Shown here one piece after another: positions 42,224 through 55,897 of a stretch of 64,000 nucleotides of DNA. Each line of letters begins with the position of its first letter. Position 1 is the first letter of the stretch. The stretch is from Tubiluchus corallicola (lineage: Eukaryota; Animalia; Priapulida), in assembly GCA_030141605.1 (NCBI GenBank), contig JAQGDQ010000281.1:1-64000 (forward strand). The letters run 5' to 3'. A program made the position numbers and the translations under genes. The notes beneath the pieces are model-generated. The model was not told where the DNA came from. It did no database searches and worked only from the letters and a program-made list of their open reading frames with translations.

Positions 42224-44701
42224 ATCCACAGCTGTTTAACATATGACTTTATCCTCGGTGATCAAAAATATTTCATAGTTATGAAAATATCAGCAATGAG
42301 ATGTAATCTCACCACATGCACAAATACAAAAGAAACGCTACTGCACCACTTCCATTTGTCACTGAACCAAAGTTATTTTACATAGTTAGTTTTCCTAGGC
42401 CTAATATAGGGCATTTTTCCACAACAATGATAAACTACACAATTTGATAACGCATACTCTATTACTTAGCATGTGTTGACTTTCTCATTTTGCATATATA
42501 ATATATAAAAAATAATGAAGAAATTCTTTCTATTCGTTCAATGACAGTATTGGCACTGGGACAAAAACACACGCTAGTGCGTTCTAGTTAATATTACACT
42601 AAGTGAGTGATGCACAAAACGTCAAATGACTTCTGTTAGTAGCCGACCTATTTAAACACAAAAAAGGACAGGTGCTGGTGGCTTCATGCTCAAATAAATA
42701 ATTAAATAAATACGCTTGGAGTGGTGCGTTTTTCACGGCATTTACGATGGCCGCGGCTTATAGAGATAATACACCAGTACTCAGTAGTCCTCATAATAAT
42801 ATTATTAATAAATTAATAATATGAAAACGAAAAGCATTTCAATTTCTCCAACCACATTGTATGATTTATATATTCAAATAAATGCATTAATCTGCTTATC
42901 TGCTTTTTAAAAGTTTTGATAATAATTTCCTTATACAGATGCAATTGTTAGGGATCTAAAATTAGTCAACTCTTCCATAACTCCTATTTTTATAAGATTA
43001 TCTGTAAGTTATCACACTCACACATTTCAACCATGCTACGGGCACGCTAGATATCTTCCTTGTCAAACGCACCTTCCAAAACATTGCAAAATATTTCAAG
43101 TTTATTTAAATTTGTTTACTTGCAATTTGGCATGTTTCAAAAATTTGGAATAATGATTATCTGAAACAAAAAATAAATACAAAATGATTAAAATAAATGT
43201 TATATAACAAAAAAATGAAATACGAATCAAAAATTTAATTAATTAATAGATTTATTTCGCAATAAACATATACATATACATTGCATTACATGTGCATCAG
43301 GTTTTGTTAATACAAAAATATAAAATTCATGAATACTGCGCTAGAGACCTAAGAAGCTAGCTTATGGTAGGAGTATTAATTAATAGGATTATTAATTAAT
43401 ACTGTACAACGAAAACGAAGCAACAAGGTAAGTTAGCATAATCTTGTTCGTACCCAAAAATAAGAAACTACAAATATGCACTATAAATCAAAATTCTACA
43501 ATGGCAGTTATTAAGGTAATAGATTAATACAGAGATGCCTTAATGGAAATATATAAAACAGTAAATATAACTTATGGTAATTAATAAAATTAGTTATCTT
43601 ACAGTCACACACCAAATACAGATTTACAGTTATGTATCGAAAATGACTGTTAAGTACATTTTTTAGTTTAGTGCATAAATTATTACAGAGCAAAACACCT
43701 TTGAGACGTTCGCGAAGTTGTTCTTTGTTATGTAAATATTGGAATATACAGGTCGGTAGTAACTTTGGATTACAACACTTTGGGAAGCATGTTATAACTG
43801 AGCCTACATGAAATTAAAAAAATGTAGCCAACCCAAACTTGATGTGTCTATAATTTCAGATGGTTGTTTCAATGTATGATGTGGGCTCTTGTGATAGTTT
43901 TTGACATTCATTTTGGTTACTGGTTAGCAGTTAAAGGATGCACAGCGCATGTAGCAGCTTATCCACGGGTATGCCCAGTGCCACCATTTACATTTGTCAC
44001 CACGTACAAGGAGACTAGATACAGCATTGAAATCTTCAACCAGTAGCTTGTAAAAAACTAGATCATGAAACATATCTTATATAATATGTATATCATACAG
44101 CAAAAATGCACGTAATTTTTGGGAAAAGACCTACTTTACTGGTTTTACTTAGAATATGTTGAATTGTGGCCTACATGACATATTTGAGTCAATTAACATA
44201 CCTAGTTCCGTACAGGTTTTATATTAAAATATAATTATACCAATTGTACTATATGAGATCACATGACATCATAATGACAGGCATGCGACTTTTAAACTGC
44301 AAAATAACAATTAAAGCAGATGAAGAGTTTAAATTTTCTGCAACATTTTAACAATGCTGATAATTGAATACAGACAACATTTGAATAATGATTTAATGTA
44401 CAGCAAAGACTTAATAATAAAGAAACTGACTCTTTTAGGAAATAGTACTTGTAACAAAAAATTAATTAGTTATGTTAAATATCACTACCTGCAAAAAGAC
44501 AGATACCATAATCATAACAAAATATTGGAGATTGAAACTATGTACAAAAATAAACTCATTTACTTGCTTACACAATTAATGACATTATTTTTACAACATT
44601 TCTAACACAGTACATCTTTTCATTTGAAGTCACCATAAGTAAATGATCTAGTACTTCTCACATGTATATACACTTTTGATCTGTAGCAGCTGGTTACATT
44701 G

Positions 44702-44733
44702 TCACGTGATTTCAAAGTTTTGTCTACAATGCA
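44702..44733 (-). CDS. NELFCD: NELFCD last exon
   Basis: ttttcag|TG CAT TGT..: (L)HCRQNFEIT*. Confidence 0.88.
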
Positions 44734-45769
44734 CTGAAAAAGAACACAATAATTACTATTAACACAAAATGTTAGCGAAATTTTGCAGCAAATTCAAAGA
44801 AACAAAAGACAACATATTAATGAAAACTGGCAACCTCCAAAAATTGTTGGCATTTTGTAGAATTGTCATTTTTAATAAAGGACAATTTTTATAAGAAAAC
44901 AAAAAATAGTTGAAACTATGCAATGAACTTCATTAAATCATGCACAACGGCCCTTTATAATGAGTCGGTCATTGTTTCTAGAAAAAACCCTCCTGTGTGT
45001 GCTTAACTTTTAGAAAAATTCACGATTAAGGAAACAAAGTGCAAGTCATTAATGTATTTACTCTAAACTTACATATAAACTCAGTTACTGGATTATGCTC
45101 TTCTGTTCTTATTGAACCAGTTATATCTTCGTTTTCTATTAAAGGCAGAAACAGCTTTACAAATTCTAGAGTGTATGGTGGCTTTACGATATCTAGCACC
45201 TAAAAAAGTGAAGAAATAAAAATATAGTTATAATAGATGAAAATAATAATAATAAGCTCTTTATGTTTAACATCACTCTCACGGAATAAATTCATTAGAA
45301 TCACAGAAAAAATCACAGGAAGATGACCTGAACAGCACACAATGCACTGAGTTAAATAAAAAATGAAAACGGCCATTTTCTATAGGAACCGGAAGTTAAA
45401 ATGATCAAATTCGGTAAGAGCTCAATTATAGAGAACTATATAATACACGGGGAAGTTTCTGCATAAAATCAAGCCTCTGACAAGTTTTTTGGAAGTGTGA
45501 ATGGAAGAATGCAAATCTGCAACCGTCTAATGATTTAAAGATTATTTTGCAATATATGCTTTTCTTTATGGAATAACAGCATTTGAAAGGCCTACTGATG
45601 CCAGTTAATAAAACAACTAAACAAACATACAAACCTGCACTTTTATTTTTTAGCAAACTGCTTCATTAAAATTGCATGCTGCAATTTACATTGCTTGCAA
45701 TCAGTCAATATCTACATTTTACACATAAAAAAAACATGATAGTCAGAATTACAAATCAGAGCAACAGTG

Positions 45770-45801
<32 letters not shown>

Positions 45802-48800
45802 TGCGTGTGTGCATGCATGCATATGTACTTCATTGAACAAGAAAACAACTGCTTATCTAGGCTTACAAATTGTAAGTCATATTACCTCTGCCACAAAATA
45901 TCTAATGAGTGAAATATCTGTATCCTTGGCCTCACAACACAGCTTTACATATTCTATTATTGGCATCACATAACCCTTGCTCAGTAAGTGCACCATGCGA
46001 TCTAATATTATCTTCCGCAACTCAAGCTAAAAGAGAAAGTAACAAGATTTATACATCAGCTTGCACTTTACAATGAGTTTAGACTATAATAGGGTTAGCA
46101 GATTAGCATGTTGCTGAGACCTCAAGTGTACGAAAAATCATGTCGGCACCTAAAATAAAAAGAAAGCGTGTATGGGTTTTTTAATTACACTGCAGTAATT
46201 AAAAGAACGAAAAGAAAAATCAAGGAAATCAAATAAAATTGTCGTTATTTCTAAAAAAGTACTTTTGAAATTTTAAAGACTTATTACAGGCCTTAAGTTA
46301 TTAACTTATGGTCTCATTCTAGCATCTGGCACGTGGAACTGTACCACAACACTGCTTGGGGTGGGGGAGCATAGGTATTATTGCAACACTCACTATGTTC
46401 ATTAGTCATAATGCAATTGGCCTTGGGTACCAGAAATGCCACAAATTTGAAAGGCCTACCGATGCCAGTTAATAAAACAACTAAACAAACATACAACCCT
46501 GCACTTTTATTTCTTAGCAAATGGCTTCATTAAAATTGCATGTTGCAATTTACATTACATTACACTCACTATGTTCATAAGTCATAATGCAATTGGCCTT
46601 GGGTACCAGAAATGCCACACATGTCCTAGCACATACTGATGAATAGTGGAGAAGGTCAGATTTGCTGTAGGCTAAAAATTGTTCAGGACTACCTTTTATG
46701 TTTGTAGATGTAAAAGTCACAAGAGAAATAGACAACCTCTAAAGAAATTCACTCTAAACTAATTGTTGGTGACTACATCCTAGATTAACAAATATAAGAT
46801 TGCAAAAAAGCTTCAACACTAGACAAATAGAAAAGGCACCTCACCAAACAAGTACTGACAATCTAGCTATGTCCTAGATCAAACACATTAGGCCAAACAC
46901 GCATTCACTAACCATTAATCAAGTAGTATGCAGGGGTACCATTAATTTATCATCTTTACCTGCACTAAAACATCCAATTCTGTGAATTCTGCTTCAAATA
47001 ATGAAATAAATGTTTCTAGCAACTTGGGATGCAGCATGTTGTGACACGTACTGACTTCATCTAATAATGCTATGTGTAAAGGAGTGTGATCCGTATTTAA
47101 CTTAAAATAACTTGGATCGCTGACGGTGTATTTAACCCATCGTATCACTCCCATGCCGACTACGGGAAACCTAAAAATTCAAAACAGTGAGAATTTAAAC
47201 TCACTGCAAGAACCTCCAACTTTATGACAAATATATCTATAAAATTTCATGCAAGGTTTGGAAATGTCGCTAGACATAACAATATTATTAGCTAATTAAG
47301 TATTTGAAATTACAGAAAAATCTTACTCCTTTAAAAAAACACATGCATTTCGACATTTTTAAGAAGTAACATAAAACACAGTAAAATTTGATTATTCTAA
47401 CCTAATGCCGCTGAAATGCAATTAAATATAAAACCTGAGCATTTGTTTTTCAAGATACGAATACATGATATAAAAAACTAATCTTTATGCAATAGTTTTA
47501 ATCTTTTGGTTTAAACATTTAACAAGCTTTTGGCCTAAATGAAAATAAATAGAAGAACATTTATAATGCTAGAAAGATTAAATTTCTCAAAAAATGTTCA
47601 TTTCTATGAAAGGCCATAAAAATGTTTCCCTCCACTGGGAGTATCTTAATGAAAATGTAACAGTTTCCTCGTAGGTCACAGTACTACAAATACAGACAAG
47701 TTTCCTACTGCATGTGGTATTAATACAAATGCATGCACAATTCCCTGTTGCACGTAGCAGTGATGCACAATTACATGCAATACTCAGTTCATTAGACTGA
47801 CTACAAAAAATTGTCTGAAAATAATGAACACTTTTAATTCGTTAAACACTTTTTAGGTTTACCTTATACATTGATACAATGTAGCAAGTTCAGCTATAAG
47901 ATCACTGGAGCTTCTATTCTCCATGGCGATTGCACTAACTTTTTCTATTGCTTGAGTCGTCTGTTTAAGTTCATCACGGTTAATCGACTTTCTCACACCC
48001 TGCCAAAATGTTTACACAATAACACTATACATGGTTTCAAATTTTTTTATTGTTAAGAACTCTCATTGTTAAGAAGTTCAAAACATTTGTTTACATGTGT
48101 GTTGAGAATTAAACCTTCAAAACAAATTGTTGTTAGGTGCATGAAGTTAACGTGTTAAAAATTTATACGAGTTCATAAATGCTTTCAACTTTTAAATTTT
48201 TACCAATTGAAAAGTTCCCAAGTTCAAAATATCTAAACACTTAAAGTGTTTTTACAAAACAACAGTTTTATGCATTCAGTCATCCCATTACCAACCATTG
48301 CATCCCATTAGCAATCAATTTATTCTAATAAGACACTTTTTTTTACAAATCACAAATTAGCTGGTTGTGACCTTCGAATTTAATCATTTGGACAATACAA
48401 GTAGATATATAAAAAAGAAATACCTTTTTAAACATTTCATAAACACTCGCAATGTAAGCAAGAAGATAGATGTATTTGGGCTTGTGATCCTTATTAATTT
48501 TACTAGCTGGATTAAAGAGAGACTCAATCAACAGCTCTATAAAACAATGAAAAATTGATTGAATAACTGCACTGAATAATCATAACTTTTTTAAAGACGT
48601 AATCACATTCACAAAAGTTAAAAAAAATGCTTCTTGAAAAAGCCATTTTGACAACAATAACTGGCCTTGCTATATCATTTAATAAATAGCTAAAATTCAT
48701 GATAAAAGTAAAAAGCAGGAGATTTTGTGAAGCCAAAGTTGATCATTTTTTGCTATACATTCCTAATGAAACTTATTCATACCTATAAGTTGTGGAGTTC

Positions 48801-51800
48801 TAATAAGGTCAACAGGAGGTGGATCATTGGTATTTGAATACATCTTGAACAACTAGAAAAAAATTACAATTTAAGAAATACTGTTTAGAATAAACCACTA
48901 AACAGTGAGCAAAGTTCATTGCTACAAAAATTCATTGTTTCGCCTTACAAAAATGTTTGTCAGTGAGCACTGTAACGACACTGGAAATCAATTAAGTTAG
49001 TTATAATTTGTCTGTATAACTGTTATTGTATTCAATAACAGCAACAGATGTCACAGTTACAAGAAAAGATAACATGTACAACATGACAGTTTTAACACTT
49101 AGTGAAAATGAATATGCATACCACAGTTATATCAGCAGGGTTCAAAGCATTTTTTGACAGCATTGCAGATAATGCTTGACAAGCCCGGGGATAAGCAGCT
49201 GACCCACTCAAAGCCATACTAATAGGCGTGACGTCATGTCCTCTGTAAGAGAAGATGCTTCACGTGATCATACGTAAATAAGCTACATAAATGATAAATG
49301 ATTTCTTTGACAAATTGGTATGGCAAGAACATCCTCTGCAATTTATTTGGAAGATAGTTACAAATGACTAAGTTATACTATCAGTTATTCTTTATAGTAA
49401 TACACGACTGTAGGTCTAGGAATAAAAATACATTTCAAAAGCTGTTGAGCACTGATAAAGCAAAACTTTTACCAGAAAAGAATAATCAGTGGAATTTAAC
49501 TTTTTCAATTACATTTTCCAGATTAACGGTTTAAACATTTCAGGCAGTAGGGTTGTGTTGATTGGTATGCAGTTAAAATACTTAAGTGACAACCAATTCC
49601 AAATTTATTGGACATATAAGAGTTTCACGTATAAAAGCAAAGCATAGATTAATGTTGAGTTTAGAAAAATACCAAAATTTTTTCAAAAAGTTAGTTCTGC
49701 AAGTGAGCTGCAATGCATTGTATTTATTATTTATAAAGCAACTTACCTGTAGGTAGTAGCTGTTTAGTTTGTACTATTTTGTAACTGTACCGAATTACTT
49801 CACAACAAACTTGTGCAACACTAGCTCTTTGCATGGGCGCAATTCCTAAGGAGTCTTAGGTGGGACGCGCCCACAAAAATTTCGAATGGGTACTATTTCG
49901 ACTAGTCATCTCATCACCCCCCCTTAAAACTTTGACAAACATAGTAAAAAAGTAAGAGTGTTTCAAAGACAAGCTGCTTTCACCAGTACACTCATACAAT
50001 AATACTAAATAGTAAGTGTCCTTGACAGAAAAAATTATCATCTGATCATACTGTAGTAATTAGAAGCTACAAAAATACATTAAAAACCATTTGCTTTCCA
50101 AATCAGTAAGATTTTAATAGTATGCAGCAACAGATACATCGTTTTCAAGTTTCAACCCTATCACAGCCATAGGTTTAACACTCAAGATACATCTATAATG
50201 CTTACTGTTCTGTTGCACATTTGTTGATTTCTTGACAGATTCGTCTAATGTGGGATCCTTTAGACTCCTGAGCTAACACTGCTAAAATGGCTTGAGTATA
50301 GAGATTTGTATGTTCCCCATGACAAACCATTTTCTGTAAATAAAATCATCCATGAAAACACAGGAATAAAAAAACAAGAATTTGATAACAAAAATCAAGA
50401 AAATAATAACAATTTCAATGAAACCTTGGAACTGCAAAAACATTGGCGTTATAGCAAGTTTGGCATTATAATGAGAGGCATAAAATACGTACATGTCCAT
50501 GCAAATATAGATATCTAGTTTGCTAAAAATTTGGACGTTAAGCGAGGTGGGCATTATAACAAGGTATGACTGTATGGGTTATGTTTCTATGCATTATACA
50601 AATGAAAATTATCATAAAGTTTTCATTGTCAGTATTGTGTTTAATCTCTGTCCTGTTTTACAATCATTGCAAAAGGCAGACAGTGACAGACAAAGAGAGG
50701 AATTTTAATTTTCCCATTAAAATAAATTTTTTTCTCATACCTGCAATGTACACCAGTGCCATATTGTGGCAATGCTAACTTACTGTAAATTCTGGGAGAT
50801 GTTCTTTGATATAAGTTTCTCCCTTTTCTAAGAAACTACTAATAGACGTTTTTAAAACCCGTGAATAGACTTCTATTTGTTGACAAACAGTCGATATGCT
50901 TGTAATCTCTCCTTGGAAACCAGCATCGGAAATCAGCTACAAAAATGAAATGTTAATGAAAGCAACGATTATTATATGAATTAACTAGACGAAGGTTCAA
51001 GAAACATCACGAAAAGGTGTGTGTCAAAAACCTAACCATGTGCTACTGTAATACAATGGTAATTTGTTTCAATAACGACAATCTGTTGTTGCAAATCCAT
51101 AAGAAAATGTCAACATAAGCAAACTTACAGCAAGTAGTATGCAGCAGTACTTATAATGCTAAATTTCTGTATAAGTACATCCAATTGGGGCAGTATGTTG
51201 TTTGCTATATCATAATTATAAAGATTTTCTTACAAAGAATGTTTAACAATAACAAATACGTGATGGAACAAACCCACAATTAATTAATTTTAAATTAAAT
51301 TGAAACTAAATTAATTAATTTTTGACCCACAAAAATTCCAGTCCAAAAATTACTTAACACTAGTTAGAATTACTGAAGCAATCTAACAATGGAAATTCTG
51401 AAATCGGTTGCAAGAGATAAACTTTGGATTGCCTTGAGCCGTGGGAGCTATAATGGCTGATGGTCTATCGTGTCTGCCTTGTATGCAGAAGGTTCTTGGT
51501 TCAAATTCAGGCTGTATTCCAACAGTTTCACATTTCGCGTTTTTCAAGTACGGTATCAGAATTTAATTAACTGTAGGTTTACTCCATCATTAATATAATC
51601 TTGATTTTAAGACTATAATAAATAACAAACAAGTGTGTTTTTACACACTGAAGTGCCATTATTATTTTGAGCAAGTTAATATAAAAAATTACATAATCAG
51701 TGAAGAAATGACTAACCTTGACAGTAAAATTCAACATGAGACATTCTGGATAAGCCTCAGCTAGTTGATAAATCAAAGCTCTCCACTCTTGCCGTTCTAT

Positions 51801-52046
51801 CATTTCTGTCAGCCAAGTTGGAGTCTGAAATAAAAATGTCGTATAAGCAAACCATCATTATAAAGCAAAAAAGAAAAAGCATACAAAGAGTCAGTAAAGT
51901 GACTATTTATAAAACAATATTCATGCTTTCTCACTGTCCCTCTTAGAAGTGTAGATTCCAGTTTCCCCACAAACATTCTTTAACTTTGAATGATGAATGC
52001 TGGCCTATAGCATGCCGAATATTATAAAAAAACATGTCTGTTTAAT

Positions 52047-52132
<86 letters not shown>

Positions 52133-53613
52133 TATACATACATATACAGTTAAATTTTTATAAAATCATAAGGCTAAATTTTGAATTTCATTTATCAGTT
52201 AATGTGAACTAACCTGTCCTTCTTCTGTGAAAATTGAGTCAGCTTTCTTCGGGTCAAAATGCTTGACTATCATCTTTTTCAAATGTTCTTCAACAGCCCG
52301 CTGTACCTCAGTAATGTTCACACCTAATTATTAAAATAATAAAAAGAGCTCCGTTGCTTCTATCTACTATGTCTAGTGCTTCCATCTTTTTTAGTGAAAT
52401 ATGAGCATCATCGTTGTTATAAGTGCAAAACTGACAAGGTGCCAACAGATAACAATGCAATGCAATTATATCTCTCTATTTTTAGTATAACATCTTTTTG
52501 GCTTATTTTATAACTTTAAGTTTTTTGATGGCCATGAAAGCATGTGGCCAATGCTTTGCCGAAATTATTATTCATAAAAACTATGAAGAAACAAAGAAAA
52601 TCATAGATTTTGCAAGTGGTTATGTAATTTGTTTGATTTTTCAAAACTATCCAGAAAATCTATCTTTGCCTTTTAATATGATTCTACTAAAACCCTATAA
52701 GCTTACTCAAAAAACTATTTGAAACATATTTCTCATGAAAGCAAAAATAACATACCCTAACTATCAGTACAACATTTGTGATAATGCTATAATGCTAGCA
52801 CCTTTACAAGCAAATTGTCATAGTTACTGTACCTGCCATTATCAGCCATTCAGCTAGAAGATTCGCAGTCTGTGCTACAGCAGTGTAATTATCCGACAAA
52901 AGCTGTACAACTGGTTCAGGACCCCCGCCTGCCTGAAAATATCTGAAACACAACGAGCTCGACTTGTCAAAAAAAACATGAAATGTAATTTACTAAGCGT
53001 AAAGCTGTAAAAGCACGTATGTAAAAGTAGAAAAATGCACCAAAATTTATCACTTAGTCAAAAATTGCTTTAAAGAGATTTAAAAATTATGTGAATAACT
53101 TGAAAATTGAGTTTTTCTGCTTCAACCAGTAATAAGATGTATAATGTCATGTACAAAGGAATAATGTCACATATGTAAGAAATTTAATAAGAGTATAAAG
53201 ATGTATTGAAATATTAAACAATTTATTAGCAAAACATTATCAGTCGATGGCCACTAGCAGGCGACATAAATCGCTTACCTCTGTAAGTTCGGAAAAATTC
53301 CAGGCTCCATTATAAAATCTCGGCTTCCAAACAATTCCAGACATTCTTGCTGTACACCCTGTTGATCACCCTCTTCATGATCAGACTCGGCAGCAGACTG
53401 AAAAACACACAATTCGAGTTAATAAGGTAATAGTAATGGATAAAAACCCCATGCCTATTCGTTAGCTAGAAATAACAGCTAGAAAACAAATTTAGCCACA
53501 TACACAAAAAAAGGTAGAGAGAAAGAGAGAAAGAGAGAGAGGGAGGGAGGGAGGAAGGGAGAGAGAGAGAGAGAGGGGGAAAGAGAGAGAGAGAGAGAGA
53601 CAGAGAGAGAGAG

Positions 53614-53692
<79 letters not shown>

Positions 53693-53693
53693 C

Positions 53694-53727
<34 letters not shown>

Positions 53728-53863
53728 GAGAGGAGAGGGAGAGGAGATAAGACTGTGGTGAGTTTATATTTACATCATGATCTTGAGGTGGTGTCTCATC
53801 TTGCTCTACTTCATCTTCTTGCTCCCAAAAGCTGGGTACTTCTTCATCATCATCATAGTCCAT
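44702..53863 (-). CDS. NELFCD: Negative elongation factor C/D (TH1-like), 589 aa, 15 coding exons
   Basis: Motifs [121 protein letters not shown]; phases close to 1770 nt. Confidence 0.96.
45073..45199 (-). CDS. NELFCD: NELFCD exon 14
   Basis: [28 protein letters not shown]...PVTEFI. Confidence 0.94.
45767..45815. repeat. (GT)n(GCGT)n microsatellite
   Basis: Direct reading. Confidence 0.9.
45886..46026 (-). CDS. NELFCD: NELFCD exon 13
   Basis: [22 protein letters not shown]...[11 protein letters not shown]. Confidence 0.94.
46960..47170 (-). CDS. NELFCD: NELFCD exon 12
   Basis: [12 protein letters not shown]...[16 protein letters not shown]. Confidence 0.94.
47863..47999 (-). CDS. NELFCD: NELFCD exon 11
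   Basis: [16 protein letters not shown]...[10 protein letters not shown]. Confidence 0.93.
48424..48536 (-). CDS. NELFCD: NELFCD exon 10
   Basis: [22 protein letters not shown]. Confidence 0.93.
48783..48852 (-). CDS. NELFCD: NELFCD exon 9
   Basis: [20 protein letters not shown]. Confidence 0.93.
49122..49242 (-). CDS. NELFCD: NELFCD exon 8
   Basis: GHDVTPI...[24 protein letters not shown]. Confidence 0.94.
50206..50333 (-). CDS. NELFCD: NELFCD exon 7
   Basis: [17 protein letters not shown]. Confidence 0.94.
50784..50936 (-). CDS. NELFCD: NELFCD exon 6
   Basis: [28 protein letters not shown]...LPEFT. Confidence 0.94.
51443..51540 (+). mobile_element. Degenerate tRNA-like SINE head
   Basis: A-box-like TAATGGCTGATGG, B-box-like GGTTCAAATTC (51498-51508); related to 38043-38135. 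Confidence 0.5.
51717..51824 (-). CDS. NELFCD: NELFCD exon 5
   Basis: TPTWLTEMI...[12 protein letters not shown]. Confidence 0.94.
52048..52147. repeat. (CT)n(AT)n compound microsatellite
   Basis: Direct reading. Confidence 0.95.
52214..52323 (-). CDS. NELFCD: NELFCD exon 4
   Basis: [27 protein letters not shown]. Confidence 0.94.
52833..52942 (-). CDS. NELFCD: NELFCD exon 3
   Basis: [33 protein letters not shown]. Confidence 0.94.
53279..53397 (-). CDS. NELFCD: NELFCD exon 2
   Basis: [21 protein letters not shown]. Confidence 0.93.
53512..53748. repeat. (GA)n-rich purine tract in NELFCD coding intron 1
   Basis: Direct reading. Confidence 0.95.
53774..53863 (-). CDS. NELFCD: NELFCD coding exon 1
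   Basis: [17 protein letters not shown]...DHD|gtaaat. Confidence 0.85.
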
Positions 53864-55489
53864 TTTACTCAGCTAACGTGTATGCATACATACTAAACAC
53901 AAAGCAGCATACAGTCCTATTTCCATACTATGAAAACTCAGATATGATGTAAAAAACAAACTAATTATAATACACAGGTAACTGAACTAATGATACTTTA
54001 CATTTTTTGTAATACTGATAGTCTTGCCCTCATTACTACGTGTATATTGCCTGTTTTAATATTATAACATTACACGCTGAGCCTGAGATACAGTTTGATG
54101 TTACCTAGCAAATAACTTACCAATAAAATAACAAGCTTATACATCCCAGAGATGTTGATCTTTACAGAACTGAAAGTTATAGGCAAAGACAGCAGATCAC
54201 TTTGTTTACTTTTTCCCTTGCTTATGTATGTTGTTGTAATTGTTATCAACAACAAAATCCATTGTTGTAACAAAAGGCCCATGGACCAACTGACAAATAT
54301 ATCAGTTACATACTATGAATATACACTAATCATTATTCATCAGCAATGAAAATTTATTTTAAAGGAAAGTAGGATGATTTTTCCTTCCCATTTTGGGCAA
54401 GTGGTAAAAATTATACATTTTAGCACCTATAATAATGCCAAACTGTTTCTGATAATTAAATAATAGACTAAAAAGTTAATTAATGGCAGGAGAGCCCAAC
54501 TAGTGAACAATGTCACAAACGAACATAATTTTTAACAGCACAAACATATTTATATCACTGTCAAGACTCAAGTATCCACAGTTTGTGTAACAGCACAATG
54601 GCCCCTATTTTATTAATTCATTGGTATGGAATAAACTAAAAGTTTTATTATGCTAATGGTATATTAAGCTGTTTGGCCATAGGAGTCACGTTTTCACATT
54701 TCTAATGGAAGTTGTAAAACAAAAGTAGAACAGTGTAATCTCCGTTGCGCACTGGCAATAGGTTTCACGTGTCATGATTCATTTTCACATTTTGCAATTG
54801 ACAGCATGCTCTAAAAATGTGAAGTGTGAAACGAGAAGTGGACGAATACAAAGCAAATTTAGTGCTCTCTTTACAAACATATTCACTAATTTGAGTAAAG
54901 ATCAGTGAAATCAAATAAGGAAATAGAGATGAAAAACAGCTGCCACCAAACATAATAGCGTCACACTCGCTTTCTGTATTAACTCAGGTTTAACACAGCT
55001 ACTGAACATGCACAGTACTATGTGACTAAACTGACTATAAATTATTTTTGCAGCTCTCAGCAATATAATGTGCCCATGCAAATTTGCATAATAGTTGTAT
55101 ACAGTTATAGACACAAACATAATACAACGGTATGATGATATTTTGCTATGAACAAGAATCAAGATTACAATTAATATTCATAACTGCATTGCATATTTTG
55201 GCCTATTACAGTACGAAAGTAGGTTAGATGTTAAAAGAGTTTTCATGAACATTTTAGTAAATTAGTAGCATTTACAATACCTGACGTTGCATTACGTACA
55301 TACGTTTATTTTTATTTCAAAATCATTGACCTACAGACCTATCTTCGATATCGTCATTATCAGTAGCACAAACAATGAATAACTTACTAAAGTTAGCTGA
55401 AGATGTTCATGCTCAGTATAGCACGACGAAATCTCTATTGTTAGCAGGTGATGAGGTTCTCACTAGTGACGAAGATCAAATGTTCATGT

Positions 55490-55811
55490 TGGGTGGTTAT
55501 CAGGTAAAGAACTCAAGGAAATAGGACTGCTACTCAGAGAAAGTGAAAATGAAGATAGCTGGAAAGAAAGGATTCCAGATTTAAGGGAAGCAATTGGAGT
55601 GTTAAAGTACATGGTTATGTCTTTAGATTCAAGAAAAAAAGTGGGCAGAACTAAATGGAAGTCTGTAATTGAGCCTAAGATAATGTTTGTAGGACTTTTT
55701 TTTATCAAAAATGAACTTTTATGATAGTATGCAAGACAGATTTGCAAGATAGATATGGAAAACAAAGGGGTGTAGTGGAGCTGCTATGAGAGATGTTGCG
55801 TTATTATCATT

Positions 55812-55897
<86 letters not shown>

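Larger units (their letters stand above)
45581..46619. repeat. Local intronic duplications: 112-bp B (45581-45692, 46445-46556) and 58-bp A (46386-46443, 46562-46619)
   Basis: Near-identical direct copies read from the sequence. Confidence 0.95.

Noticed and set aside
50739-50783. Alternative NELFCD exon 6 donor CAG|GTATGA at 50740
   Set aside because: An in-frame TAG follows shortly after the upstream GTAAGT donor, which matches the conserved protein.
51443-51540. Functional tRNA gene (also 38043-38135)
   Set aside because: Only A/B-box remnants; I could not fold a cloverleaf or acceptor stem.
53492-53773. SL-repeat extension of the 123-aa ORF
   Set aside because: Intron read-through; the exon ends at 53774 with a GT donor in phase with exon 2.
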